Assembly (NCBI GenBank): GCA_013265495.1
Contig: MU058451.1
Location: 1 to 64,000, forward strand
From: Vicugna vicugna
Taxonomy: Eukaryota
Length of the DNA: 64,000 nt
Direction: 5' to 3'
Position numbers and translations under genes: made by a program. The first letter of the stretch is position 1; each line of letters starts with the position of its first letter. The notes beneath the pieces are model-generated. The model ran no database searches and was not told the DNA's origin. It saw only the letters and a program-made list of their open reading frames with translations. Shown one piece after another: positions 37,986-51,940 of the stretch.

Positions 37986-40734
37986 CTGAGCACTTGTGTA
38001 TTACTAGGAACCCTCTATGTAGAGGAGTCAGGGACATTTTTAGGGACAGGAATAGCCTACAAAGGGAAAATAACATGTGCTTCGCTGTGGTATCAGTGAG
38101 ATGGTTTAGTACAGGAAATACAGCATGATGTGCATGGTGGGGGTGGTGGGAGCAGAGTTCGAAGGAACAGAAAATGTGATAACTTGAAAGGCCTTGTGGA
38201 CCATCAATAGACTAACTGAGAGATTTCAAAGGATTTTAAAAGTATTTTAACCACTATAACAAATAGATCCCCCAATATTGGACAGTTCAAACACAAGTAT
38301 ATTTCTCACCCAGTTGAAAAGTGCAATTCCTCCAAGGAAGATCTAAATTAACTGGGGTTGGGAAAATTGAAATGGGACAGTGCTTTGCTCCACAGTCCTT
38401 CACAAACCCATAGTGATGTAAGGTCAAGTCTCAAACACATGATACAAAGTTCACTCTGGCGGGTCCAAACCTAGCAGGCAGAAAAGAAAGAGTATAGTGA
38501 ATTGAATCTGTACCATCACCACCCACATTTCCCTACTTGGAGATCAGTCATAGGACCACCCTAACCACAAGAGGGTCTGGAAAATGTAGTCTAGCTCAAC
38601 CCCAGAAAGAAGAGGAACCCATTTTCTTTGCCAGACAGCAGTCTCTGTCACAAGGGTAAAATTAATAGATCTTGGCAACTAATTAGATGTGGAGAAGTGA
38701 GACAGGAAAAGTTTTCAAGTTCACAGATTCTTACTTGGACAATTTGGTGGGTACTTATGTTTTTTAATTAGAACAAGAAATACAGGAAGGAAGTATCATC
38801 TACAAGTTGTATTATGATTGGATGATATTAACAACAACAACAGGTTCTCTCACATCTGCATCTTTTTTCGGGTCACGTACCTCAAGCTTTGAGGGGTAAG
38901 GTAAATGCTCTAAGATTATTAAATGCTGTTAAGTGAGAGGTCAGGGATCCAGAGCTCCCATCTTTAACTACAAACACAACATCTAAGTTAGAATATTCAG
39001 AAAGCAGTTGTAAATAGTATTATAAAACTCAAGAAAATCTAGATATAATTTTGCATGTCATGAGAGCACAGAGAACATTTGAAAGCAGGCCTGTTTGTGA
39101 CCGGGCCAATGAACAGAGCACAGATAAATAAGGGAACCAAAGAAACTCTGCTAAGATGAATCTCTTAGTCCTGGGCCCTGGACCACAGCTCCTTTGAAAG
39201 CTGAGAATAAGAGTCAGGCAAGCAGTCTAAACTTGGGAAAACCAATGCTATCATTTCTGAACCAAGGGGCCATGGGAGGGGAGGGACTAACAGTCTCCAC
39301 AAATGTAGCTCTGAAATCCCCAAGTCAGGTGTCAGTTCATGACTGACTAGGCAACACTGTAAACAAAAAACCCAACTATGTCCATCAAGGTCATTCCTGT
39401 CCTAGTAAAGAGAACACTAAACATGCTCATGAAATGTGTGTCTTACTGTGTCCTCTTGTATCAGGCTCACAAGCAAATGGTATCACGTTTGCCTTGTAAA
39501 CCTCCAATATCTTTCCATGTAGAGTATGACAGAGACTACTGTCTGTTAACAAAGCCTGTGTCCTCGCCTTCCTGAGCCCACCACGAGGCTGTGTTTCCCA
39601 GACTCCTTGCAGTTGAGTTTGGCTTTGTGGCTGAGTCCCACATGCTCAGACATGACGCAACATGCTTCCAGGCCTGGCCCAAATAGCTTCCTTGTGTGTG
39701 TGATCTCCATTCATGCTCTTCCTCCATCCACTAGCTGTACCTAACTGATTCCAATTTCCTAGAGGATGTCAGAGTCCCAGCAGGAAAAGAGTTGTGTAAA
39801 CAAGTCTCCCGAACTATAAACAAGAAATACACTCTTATGCATTTAATGTTGTTGGGGGATGTTTGTTACAACAATTAATGTTACCTTAATAATAGAAAAG
39901 ATGGTGAAAATTCCTACAACACAGACACAAAAGCAGATAGGGTTCTTAAATAAGATTGAACCTGTCACATTGGAAGGTGTGTGGGTTTTAGCCATGTATT
40001 ATATTCCCAAATTTTGGCACCTGCCCTTATGATCTGCCATTCTAGCCCAACTAATCTCTGCAGAAAACAGAAAACATTTAAATGGACAGCAGGGGAGGTC
40101 AAACCATGGATAACAGAAAGGAAGATGAGAGGCAAGAAGAGTAAGGAAGAATGTGGCAGAGCAGAACTTGGGGAATTAAAGAGTGACTGACAGAGTCAAA
40201 GGCCACAGTTTAACAGAGGGTAAAAAAATTGATTTTACCAGTTGAGGATATGAGAGCTAAACAATCAATGTCATAAACTATTTAGTATTTAGAGTGTACC
40301 AGGTAGTGTACTAGCCAGAGATGGACAAAGAGCCAGGAAGACATGGGCTCAACTTCCTAGAGTTTCAGTCTAGAGGCGTGGCTACTTACAAGAGCTTAGT
40401 TGAGGCAGATTGCATTTGATTGTGGATTTATTGAGCACAGAGGGTGTGACCACAGCAGGATAAAGGGTGATGGGGTAGACAGTGCACATAAGTGATACAC
40501 AGTCAGGTAGGTGGTTCACACTGAAGGAGGAAGAGTGATGTGAGATCAGGTCAGAGATTTAGAGAGAGGCCAGGTCACCCAGAACTCTGTAAATTAGGAT
40601 TAGTGTTGGGGGCTTGGACCAGTGTGTTACAAAACCATTGGAAGGCTTAAATTATTCTCTTTTTCTTTAAATATTTGTCTTTCTTACTTTCACACTTTTG
40701 AGGAAATTTTTAAATTGAAGTATAGTCAGTTACA

Positions 40735-41195
40735 GTGTGTTAAGAAGTTGTGGTATGTGTATACAAGGGAATACTACTCAGCCATAAAAAAGAATAAAAT
40801 AATGCCATTTGCAGCAACATGAATGGACCTGGAGATTGTCATTCTAAGTGAAGTAAGNNNNNNNNNNNNNNNNNNNNNNNNNNTATCACTTGTGAAGCTA
40901 AAAAAAGAAAAAAGAGGACACTAATGAACTCATCTACAAAACAGAAACAGACTCTCAGACATAGTAAACAATCTTATGGTTTTTGGGGGGAAGGGAGTGG
41001 GAAAGGATAAATTTGGGATTTTGAGATTTGCAAATATTAGCAACTATATATAAAAATAGATAAAAAGCAAATTTCTTCTGTATAGCACAGGGAACTTCAT
41101 TCAATATCTTATAATAATCTTTAATGAAAAAGAATATAGAAACAAATATATGTGTATATATATGCATAACTTGGACATTGTGCTGTACACCAGCA
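40735..41195 (+). mobile_element. LINE-1 3' fragment spanning a 26-N assembly gap (40858-40883)
   Basis: gaatactactcagccataaaaaagaat...gccatttgcagcaacatg. Confidence 0.85.
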
Positions 41196-44100
41196 ATTTA
41201 TCCAGTCCTCTGTTGATGGACATTTAAGTATATTGATCAGTTATTTTGAAGAAGTCTGTTGATTTGGGCTTATTTGATGTTTCCTCATGATTAAATTCAA
41301 GTTATTCATTTTTGGCAAGAACAGTACAAAGGGGTATGATTCTGAGAAGAGAAAGACAACAAATGGAAAGTACATGAAGTTGTTATATCTTAATGCTGGT
41401 GATGTCAGCTTTGATTACCTTTTTACCTGGTGCCTCAACCTAATCCCACCAAGAGACCAAATAGATAATAATCTGACCAGGGAAAATTTATGATATAAAA
41501 CTACTACCCAAAGGCCAATTGGAGTAATTGGGAGATTGCTAGTAAGACAGAGAATGCTGAAGAATACAGAAATAACAGACACAGGGGCAGCCACCCTCTT
41601 GGTACTTATGAAGTGCTCAGGGCTAGTGCTGATTCAGAGCCCTCAAGGGAGGTGCAGGTCTGGAAAGGACCCTCTCCAGGGCTGAGACAGAGACCTATTT
41701 GGAGAAGATGTGTTTGTGGCTTTACTGAGGTCTGCACTGATGGAACTCTCTGGAGACACACATTTTGGGGTTTCAGGGGAAGCTGCCCATGGAGGTGCCA
41801 CATGATAGAGCCTGCTGAAGAGCAGAGCCACTGAGAGGGTTTGGGACCCTGTGCAGGGGGCGATGCTAGGGCAGTGGCGCTTACGGAGAGACCAAGTGAG
41901 GAAGCAGAGACAACGCTGGCCTCTGCAGGCTGCAGGAGCCACGAGCTGATTCAGGGACTCAACAAAGGAAGCAGAATCAGGAAGAGCAGGCTCAGCATGC
42001 TGCCTGGTGGCCGAGGAAGGATGCACAGGGCACCCAGCTTAGCATCCCGGGGCAGCTGATGGATGGCAGGTCTGGAGCACAGACGTAATAGGTAGGTCAC
42101 TGGAAGAGGTTTTGTCTGCCAGTTTCTTCACTATAAAGTAACTATTTTTTCTCTGTTATTAATAAATACCTGGTGGCATTTATTTGTATAATCACAATAT
42201 GTTGAGATTATACAAATACACGTCTATGAATTTCAGCATCTAGTAGTGATTCTTGTCTGAATAATTTACTGTGCCATTTCCCAAATGTTTATTATTCCCA
42301 CAATCTTTTATACATTTATTATTAAATTTTTGTGCGTGAGGAAGAGCTGTCAGTCTCTCCTATTATTTATTAACTTATTTACTTATATGAATATGAATGC
42401 ATGGATAATTATTTAATTACATGGGTTACAGTATGTTACTATCATTATTTATTTAACTGCTCAAATTCTCCCAGAGTTGACACTGGGCGCTCCTTCAAGG
42501 AAACTCCTGATTCTTTTTTTTTTTTAAACACTTTTTTAGTGAGTTATAGTCATTTTACGATGTTGTGTCAAATTCCAGTGTAGAGCACAATTTTTGTTTT
42601 ACATAAACATAAAAAAAAACCATAAATACAAAACTGATTCTTTTTGGCATACTTCCTTTATCTTTTCCTTCTCTCTAGCACCACAAGACGCTCTAGAGTC
42701 ATCTCATATTTTCCCTACCACAACTCCAGCATCGACAGTTTCTTCAAAGAACCTGGGATCAGTTTTAGTGAAAAATCTTATTTAGACACCAAAATTCAGG
42801 TGTGAACTCATTGCTACTGAAGTGACATTTCCCAGTAAGCATCCAAACCTAAAAACTATTTGTATGTATATATGAATACACACACATCTCTATTTGGATA
42901 TATGTGCATACACGTGTGTATACAGACATGTCTATAAATGTGTGTATATATATTAGATATATATTATGTACACAGATGTGTGTATATTGTACTCATAGAG
43001 GTGCTATTTCATCTTATTCCTTTTGTCCTGGCCTTTATTCCTGTATTTTTTTTTCACCTTATTCCCAGCCAATCTCTAATCTAGACAGTAAATTAACTCA
43101 TTTGTTTGTGGTTTATCATTCTAGTGTTTATTTTTCCATAGATACATATTTTTTCTCCTCCCTCCTTCTTTCCTACATGAAAAATACCATAGTACAGGTG
43201 GTCTTTTGCAATCCACCTTACTCATGTTTATCCATTTCAGTTTATACATGCTTTTCCTACACAAAGGTTAAAATGTTTTCTTCTAATATTTGTATTGTTC
43301 AACATTTACGTCATTATCCATTTGGAGTGTATTCTTGTGTAAGGTGCGAAGTACAGCTCTAATGTCATCTAATCCCCAGTGGCTGTCATTGTCACAGCCT
43401 TCTTTATTTCTCTTCACTTTTGCTCTAATGATTTGAGATGCCACCTTTATCATACACGAAATTTCCATGTACATTTGGGTACACCTCTGGGCTTTCTATT
43501 CTGTTCCACTGTCCTGTTTATCATGTGTCAGTACAACATTGTTGTAATTAAGTGCTTTAAAATATGCCTCAAAAATCTAGTAGGACTAGTACCCACATAC
43601 TTTTGTTTCTCTTTTTAGTGTTTTCCTGGCCATTCTTGCATGCTTAGTTTTACCATATGAACATTAGTACCAACTTGTCTAACTTTATTTAAAAGCTTGC
43701 TAGTATGTTTATTGAAATTGCATCGACTTTTTACATTGCCTTAGGAGAAATGACATGACTCTGACCTTACAAGAACATGTGACATCTTTCTTTTTCAAAG
43801 TCTACTTTAGTACTTTTGAGGGGTGCTTTAAAGTTTTCCTGATATAGGTTCTGCATAATTCTTCAATTTTTTAAAAGTGTTTAATCTTTGTTACTATTAT
43901 AAATGAGTTTTCTGTAATATTATAGTATCTGTTTATTCTTTACATAGATGAAGGCTATTGATTTATGTATGTATGTTTATAGTTTGCTACCTTACTGAAT
44001 TATTTTATTGTCTTTTTTAATTGAGTAATAGTTATTTTACAATGTTGTGTCAGATTCTAGTGTAGAGCACATCAGTCATACATGAACATATATATATTCA

Positions 44101-47084
44101 TTGTTACATTTTTTTCACTATGAGCTACCATAAGATCTTGTGTATTTTTCCCTGTGCTGTACAGTATAATCTTGTTTATCTGTTCTACATTTTAAAATCC
44201 CAGCATTGTCATTGTTTTTATTATGCATTATTAGTACTTAATTATTAGTTTTATCAATGATTCTCTCAGGTTTCCAAAGTTCACTATCATATCACCTATA
44301 AATAAAGATCCTCACTGTTTACAGAATATTTTGCCTCTATTTATCCTGTGTAGTCTACTCAGCAAACATACACTGGAGGTAGTGGGCATCATGGCTTTCT
44401 TCCCTTTTCTTCCCTATCTCAGTAAAATGCCCTTCACTGACTACGCATTCCATTAGATACTGGCCTTAGAACTAAGACATTGCCAATTTTCTTGAGATTT
44501 TCATTTTTTTTTAATCAGGAAGAAGTACTGAATTTTGTCAAAGACTTTTCACACTTATGGGAATACATAATTTTTTCTTTGATCTATTATCATGGTTTAT
44601 GATATTAAATGATTTCCTAACATTCAACCAAATTTGTATCCCTGGAATAAATTCTACCTGGTCAATTACATTATTTTCTTAGCATGCAGTTGCATTCAGA
44701 TTTCTAATATTTCACCTAGTATTTTTGTGTTAATATTGACAAATATTTTTGTATTTATTAGGTTTAGTTATACTTGATTCATAAAAGAGTTGAGGAGTAG
44801 ACTTTATCAACACATTTTGGAACCATTCATGAAGCATTTAATCTACCTAATCTTCAAAGGTTTAGCAGAATTTTCCTTTAGAAATATCTGGACCAGTTAC
44901 TCTTTAAAAGGAAAGGAGTGCAATTGCTTAATTATTTTCTCTGTTTCTTCTAACAAATTGATCTGTTTAAGCTTTCTCTAGATGATGGTATCAACCTGTG
45001 TTTCCATAGAAAATTATATACTTCAAGTAGTTTTTCAGATGTATTTATCTACAAGTCAACATGAGTAGTCTCATTTTTTAAAATTTCTTGTTTCAATGAT
45101 TCTTTATTCGTTTTTATTGAGGTATCATTGATTTCCTTATTAAATTACCATTTAAATTTAGTCTCTTCCTGTGCACTTTGCACTCCGTTTTTTTCTGACA
45201 TTTTTTTCTTTTACATATATTTCTTTTCTGACCTCTAGCAACTCTTTCTTTCAGTTTTTTCTTATTTATTTCTGCTTCTTGCTTTTGAGTTGCTCACTCA
45301 GCATGGTTCTCTTGCTGACTAAAGCTGGTGCAAATCTATTCAGTGTGGAGTGTGGTCGTACAGTTTCCTCTGCTTTGTGTTTCAGGAAATCTTTTCATAG
45401 TTGATGTTTGTTGAATCTCATTCTTTGATTTTTGGGGGGATAAGTCTGAGTAAGATCTGATAATGAATTGGCCATGAGGGATGATGGAAAGGAAGAATAA
45501 AGGAGCAAGTATGTACTTGTGCTGGCTTTATTATAGAAAGGAAGACTAAAGAAGGAGCACACTCAGGACTGAAGAATTCAGCTCTGACTGTGTTTACTTT
45601 GAAATGTTTACTGTGCATCCCCCTAGAGAGGGAAGTTTGACTATTGACTTTATTAATCTGAAATCTGGGGACAGAATCAAACCATGGAATTACCTTGTTA
45701 TGCTGTTTTATCATTGGTCTTTAAGCCCTTGTTTTATTAAGTTTTCTAAAAAATAAAATGTTCAGGAGAAATTGTCATCTTTTGAGTTTCTTCCCTTAAA
45801 TCAGCACTTCAGCTTTTGTTTACAAGTTATATTCTTTATTTTAATTTAATTCCTTCTTACTTTAGTAGCTTTATGCAGCAGCCACCATCTTTCTTCTTTA
45901 CATCTTATTTGTGTTGAACTTAAACCGTTTTGTCCGGATAAAGAGAGTCCAGTAGAAATTACAAGTGTATCTGTGGCCTTTCCTGAATCATTCTAACTGT
46001 CCTGTGCGAGGCTGTGTGTGGCCAGGTAGCGGATGTGGCCACATATCATAAGGAGAAGCATGTATTCCCATGGCTCCCCTAATTTTCCAACAGAGCCTAG
46101 AGGCTCTCTTTCTGTCCATGGGCATCAGGCACCCTTGCCCACCCTTGGCCAGACCCCCTGTGGCAGCTATTTGTATTTTTACTCCAGCATCTCATGTCCC
46201 TCCACCTTCACTAATTCTCCTGAAACAAAGAAGGGGAAAGTGGCTTTATGCCTCATTACTTACAAATGTGATGACTGAAGCAGAAATCACGGGATTGTGT
46301 TTACTCAGAGAGAAGATTCTGAGGCTGAGGTGAGGCCTTTAGGAACATGAAGTTAAAATTCTTTTCTTGTTTGTTTGATACTGGTGAGTGTTTGGCTTAG
46401 AATATTTTCAATTTTGCCTGTTACTAGGCACGGGAGGGGCGTGGATTTTGTGATCTGGTGTCATTCCACCATCTGCACATGGAATTCCTAAATTAATAAC
46501 TGCATAATGCAGGAGCTGGAAGTCGGCTGCAAGGGTCTGAAGGATGCAGTAGCAAAGGTAGGTGGCAACAAAATAAGCCACTTTTCGTTCTCATTTTCTT
46601 TTTTTTTTAATTTCGTATATTCAAATTCATTCATCTTTTATAGCCAATGCTTGTTTTCTTTTAGAAAATAGAAATATTTTCTATTTTTAACATTATGTTT
46701 CGTATTTAAGTCTCTAATGCAACTGGAGTTGATTATTGAAGAGAATATACAATTTTCTCTTTTCATGTATAAACCTTATCCTACTTCCCGTTGAAGAATA
46801 TTCCTTTTTGCACACTTACCTCACATGCAACCTCTGTCGTATGCCAAACACCACACATTTGCGATTTTGTTTCTTTGCACTTTGTTCCATTGGTCAGCTG
46901 ACATATCCCTGCACGAACACGGACCACACTGTGCTAATTTACAACAGCTTGACAGTATCAGATCTGACAAGTGTCTCTTGTCCAAACATCACAGAGGTAC
47001 CCAGGGAATTCTTTTCAATATAACTTTTAGAATAATCTTTGAAAGTTGTACAAGAAACCATGTAAAATATTTTTTTATAGACCT

Positions 47085-47219
47085 TTTTTTTTTTTGCAGG
47101 GTGGTAAGTAGTTATGTTTACTTATTTATTTGGTTTTCTAGTGGAGGCACTGGGGATTGAACCCAGGACCTTGTGCATGCTAAGCATGCACTCTACCACT
47201 TGACCTATATACCCTTCCC
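47085..47219 (-). mobile_element. tRNA-Ala-derived SINE (camelid vic-1-like)
   Basis: Reverse complement of agtggtagagtgcatgcttagcatgcacaaggtcctgggttcaatcccc plus A-rich tail. Confidence 0.75.
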
Positions 47220-48919
47220 ATTGAATAAAGTCTTACTTAGAATAGTTCTTTATTTTAAGCATTATTTTTAATAGTTAACATTTTCACCATTTTCTTTTCT
47301 TTTTTTTTATTATACATGTTTAATATCTTCCCTTTCTTACTGTTGAATTCTATTAGGTAATTTTAAAATTTTGGTGCATCTGTTCTAATATTTCTAATTC
47401 TGTCAAATTGCTTATTCCAATGTATTGTCTTTAAAAATTCTTAAATGTCTTGTTATTTTCATCTGTAAGCTACCCTTCATTGGAAATAGCGATAGTTCTG
47501 ACAATGGGTATTATTTATCTCCAAAACCCCAGGGAGTGTGGAGTGGGAAATGGATAAGCTCAATAGTAGACAACCAAATCAGCAGAACATCACAGCCCCA
47601 CCTCACCTACCAAACAACTTCACAAATAAAGGCTTTATCTTTTCTCCCTAAGGAGAAGTAATAGCAGAAGAGACACTTCACTTTCTGCATTGTAATTTAA
47701 TAGGCTGTGGATGTTGGAGCAGGAAGGATGAAAAAAGTGGCTGCTTTTAGCTACTTTGTCCTGAGCACTTCATAAAATGAGGGCTTCTGTAACTATTGAA
47801 TCTTACTCCTGAGAACTTCTGTTCCAGAGCTCTGGGTCATCATAGGTTTGGGAGGTAGGCACAGCTTATCTCGGGGTACTGGAAGTGGGGAATAAATAGA
47901 AGACCTCTAACGTCTACTTTCTTTCTAGCTTCACCCACAATATCTCTGGTTGTCTCATTCCCCAGGACAAAGCTTTCATCTGCCCACCCCCAATACACAC
48001 ACATACACACACACGCACATGCACATGCACACACATGCACACACGCCAATTCAAATAAATCATCTTGGGTTCTTGTTCTGCACGGGTCTTTGTTTTTTCT
48101 GTGTATTCTTTTCTCAATTCTTAATAACAAGTGTGGCTATTACCATTTATCTCTCCGCTTTTCCTGCTTTTCACTGCACGGTGCTGCTCATCACCATCAC
48201 GGTTCAGTCAGTGCCCTCTTGAGTCTGCTGCTCTCAATTTGCTCCTACAGATCTGGCCAGGCCGTCTTCCTTAACCCCTTTTCCATAAGTGCAAATGCAT
48301 AACATGTATCTTCTAAATTTAGTTTTTCTGAAATTTGCTAACTTAACCTTTCTCCCTTTTTTTGGTTCATTAAGAGATTTCTCTTGGCCACAAATTCAAC
48401 TGAAACACATTTCCTAGACTGAATTCACTGATAAGTCATCTGTGAGTTCTACTCAGGCTGCAAAACATGTCTGAATTATTACTGTACATTCACTGCTTAT
48501 ATTTGCAAAATAAAATTTGAGGAAGATACCATCAAAATCTATTTTTATCACACTCCTGCCCCTGATTCTTCCTTATACTGATTCTATCAAGGATATTCTA
48601 ATTCTGTTACAAAAAATCAACAAAACTAAATAATGGGGAAATTGTATGATGAAATTAGGACTATTGAAACATTTTACTGTTCCACATTTTCATTTGCTGA
48701 TAATTTTGCACACACTCAAAAAATGGGCCAAGGTGGACAGTATAAACTAAATCAGCTTCCTTTCTAGCCTCATTCTAGAATGTCTTACTCTACTGCCAAG
48801 GGTGGGGTGCTGAACGTTCCATTTCACAGCCATCACTGCAGCTAGGATTCTGGATGCAAATAAGGTTCCATAGATTAAATGCCACTTTGAGATATTAAAG
48901 CAGAAGACAGGTATAGGCC

Positions 48920-49390
48920 ATAGTACTAGTTTCCTAGGACTGCTGTAACAGCACCAAAAGCTGAATGCCTTGAAATAACAAAAATGTGTCATCTCACAGT
49001 CCAAAATCAAGGTATCAGCAGGACCAGGCACCTTCCGAAGTCTACAGAGGAGAATCCTCTCCTGACTCTTCCTGCTTTCTGGTGGTGACTGTCATTCTAA
49101 GTGTCCTTTGATTTATGGCAGCATTACTCCAAACTCTGCCTCCATCTTTGCATGGGAACTTCCCTGTGGATTTACCATTGTCTTCCTTCTGTGTATGTCC
49201 CTGTGTGTGTCTAAATATTCTCTTTTGATAAAGACAACAGTTCTGTTGGACTAGGACCCACCCTAATAATGACCTCACCTAAATTTCACTACATCTGTAA
49301 AGCCTGTACTTCCAAACAAGCTCACATTTTTATGTCCCCGGGGTTAGGACTTCAATCTATCTTTTTTGGCAATTCAACCCATCATCCTGA
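48920..49390 (-). mobile_element. MaLR (MLT1-like) LTR
   Basis: tagtttcctaggactgctgtaaca...ccaaaatcaaggtatcagcaggacc. Confidence 0.7.
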
Positions 49391-49817
49391 CAGTTTCGGT
49401 TGGTTTTAACTAGCAAGTAAGGTTGTGGAAACATGAAATTTTCCTATATCACATCTCTAGGCCCAGCCAGTTTGTTAGTATGGAGAGGAAGTTGCAGCAG
49501 TGACTTCCAAATGCTAGAATTAAATAGTCAAAGCTATTTAATACAGGAAATTGAATATACATAAAAGTTAAGTAAATATGAGCAAGCTCTAGGCCTATAG
49601 AAATGATTTCTAGAATGCTATATAACTTACTTGCCATAAGAGCTATTATTGTCTTTGAAACTGCCACTGAAAGTCTTGATTTGAAGAACACTTACCTATA
49701 ATTACTGTACCCACAGTCAACAACAGTGTACTCTACATTTCAAGATTTCTTAAGAGGGGAGATCGCACATTGTGTTATCATAATAAAATAATATTAAAGA
49801 AGTTAAGAGTAATCTAA

Positions 49818-49930
49818 GGCGTGGGTACAGCTCAGTGGCAGAGTGTGTACGTAGCATGCATGAGGTCCTGGGTTCAATCCTCAGTGCCTCCTTTAGAAAT
49901 GAAAGGAAGGAAGAAAGAGGAAAAAAGAAA
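49818..49930 (+). mobile_element. tRNA-Ala-derived SINE (vic-1-like)
   Basis: gctcagtggcagagtgtgtacgtagcatgcatgaggtcctgggttcaatcc. Confidence 0.7.
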
Positions 49931-51807
49931 GACCGACCTTTAGAGTTTTTTTTTAAAAAAGCATTTGTAACCCTCTTTCATCATCACATGATGATCTGTC
50001 ACACCAGAAGAGCTGCACCAGATATAAATACACCTTTCTAAACCAGTACACATTTTCCTGATCATGCCCCACCATGACATTTTAATACTACAAATGTGCT
50101 ATTTATGGACTTTCTCCCCTTGGAGGGCCACAAACCAAGGTACTATCTATTGATGTAGCACAGATATTTTTGTCTCCACTTCCCCCATCCCCAAGAATCA
50201 GTTATCATCCCCTCAGAGTGAAATTGCCCCCACCATCCTGCCCAGCCTCCCTCCTTGAGAATGCTTGGTCTGTGTTAACCAGAAAAGCCTCTGATGGGCA
50301 TGTCTTGAGTAACCTTTGATACCCACATCCTGACATGGTTCATCTGAATACCACTGCTGTGCAGCTGCAGCAGATGCAGAATGGTCCACTTAAAACCCAG
50401 CCCCAGTTCTGACATTCAGAAGCACCATACAAACAAATACATAAATTAAATCAAAGGTATGGATCACCTATTTTTTTCTACCACTTTTAGAGAAGAACGA
50501 ACTATCATTGATAATTTTTGAAAAGATGAGCCTGGACAAATGATCTTGTCTGGACTAAATCAAAATGAACTTCCATGTGTTTTACCCACCATTGTATGAT
50601 GTGTAATTGATCAAGTGATGAAAACTGACAGGAAGTGATGCCCACACAAGAGCTGGGAGTTATCAAATCACTGCCCAACGAGTCTTCTGCATTGTACTGC
50701 AAGATCACGAATTCTCCCCACTTTCTATATTTCATTTTAAATCATCTAATGTTCTGCCCAAGGTCAGAAAGTTCCCATGTTCATTAATTGTGGTGAGGTG
50801 AGATTTTTGCTGAGTATTAGGAAATAATAATGATCATTTAACAACTAGGACAGAGGATAGATAATCCACTGCTGAAAATAGTGTCCACAACCAGCTTGGA
50901 AAGTGTTCTATGGAAGGAAATGTACTCAGGCAAATGCCAGTGACTTGCCACTTTGCCAGAATATTCTTCCTGAAGTGTGTTTGGGACTGACTTCTCACAC
51001 ACCAAACCCAGGCCGAACCCATCCTTAAATTATTTCTAATGAATTGTGCTTTGGTAGCCAACCCTCAGCCTACAATGAGGCAATGTTAACAGAAATAACC
51101 GTATGACACTCACACTTAATGTAAGAATGTGGGTGAGCATACTGTTCAGTACATAATACGAAGTCCTCTGCCTACCAGTAGAAATTTATCTTTGGTTTCA
51201 GCTCCAGGAATGGCTGTACTTTTCCCTCAGCTGCCAGTTTATTTTTAGATACAAACCATAAACAGTAGACCGTGGACATTTGCAGATTTGATCGTTGTGT
51301 TTTCAACAGCTCAAAAGAGACAAGTCCTAGGGACCTCAAGTTTAACTCACAGCCACAGCAGTGCCATATGCGGCATGACACTCATGCTGAGAACCGGGTC
51401 TGACACCCCAGCATGCACATGCCAGCACAGCTGGGTTGTCGGCTGACCTGCATCTTTCTTCACACACTGTCCTGTCCCACCACGCTTTCCTCCTCCTGGG
51501 GACTGCTAGAGAACTCAGAGCCTTCTAAAGTGAATTAGAATCCACTGCATCAGTGCTGGGCTCAGTAAGCTCAGACTTTCCAGGTGCCCTTCCGAAGGGC
51601 TAAGTGGACTGCAAGGTGACATTTCACCATGAACGGCGGTCAGAGAGCTCAGCTGTGGGGGAACCCTAAGCTGGACTCTGCAACAGGACAGAACAGAGCA
51701 GAACAGAGCTCGGGGCCACTCCACAAACAGAAGTGCTCACTTCCAGGAAAAAGTTCCGTCCTGGCTGAGAAAAGGGATGAGAACAAATTTAAAAAGAAAC
51801 GGAACGT

Positions 51808-51940
51808 AGGGGAGGGTATAGCGCATGCTTATTAGCATGTATGAGGTCCTGGGTTCAATCCCCAGTACCTCCATTAAAATAAATAAGTTAATAAACCTAA
51901 TTGCCTCCTCCGCCATCACACACACACACAAGAAGAAATG
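51808..51940 (+). mobile_element. tRNA-Ala-derived SINE (vic-1-like) with internal deletion
   Basis: ggggagggtatagc..gcatgtatgaggtcctgggttcaatccccagtacctcc plus AT-rich tail. Confidence 0.72.

Noticed and set aside
40858..40883. N run
   Set aside because: Assembly gap inside an L1, not a biological feature
49818..49895. Nuclear tRNA-Ala genes (also near 47140 and 51810)
   Set aside because: Degenerate stems and A-rich tails indicate SINE copies
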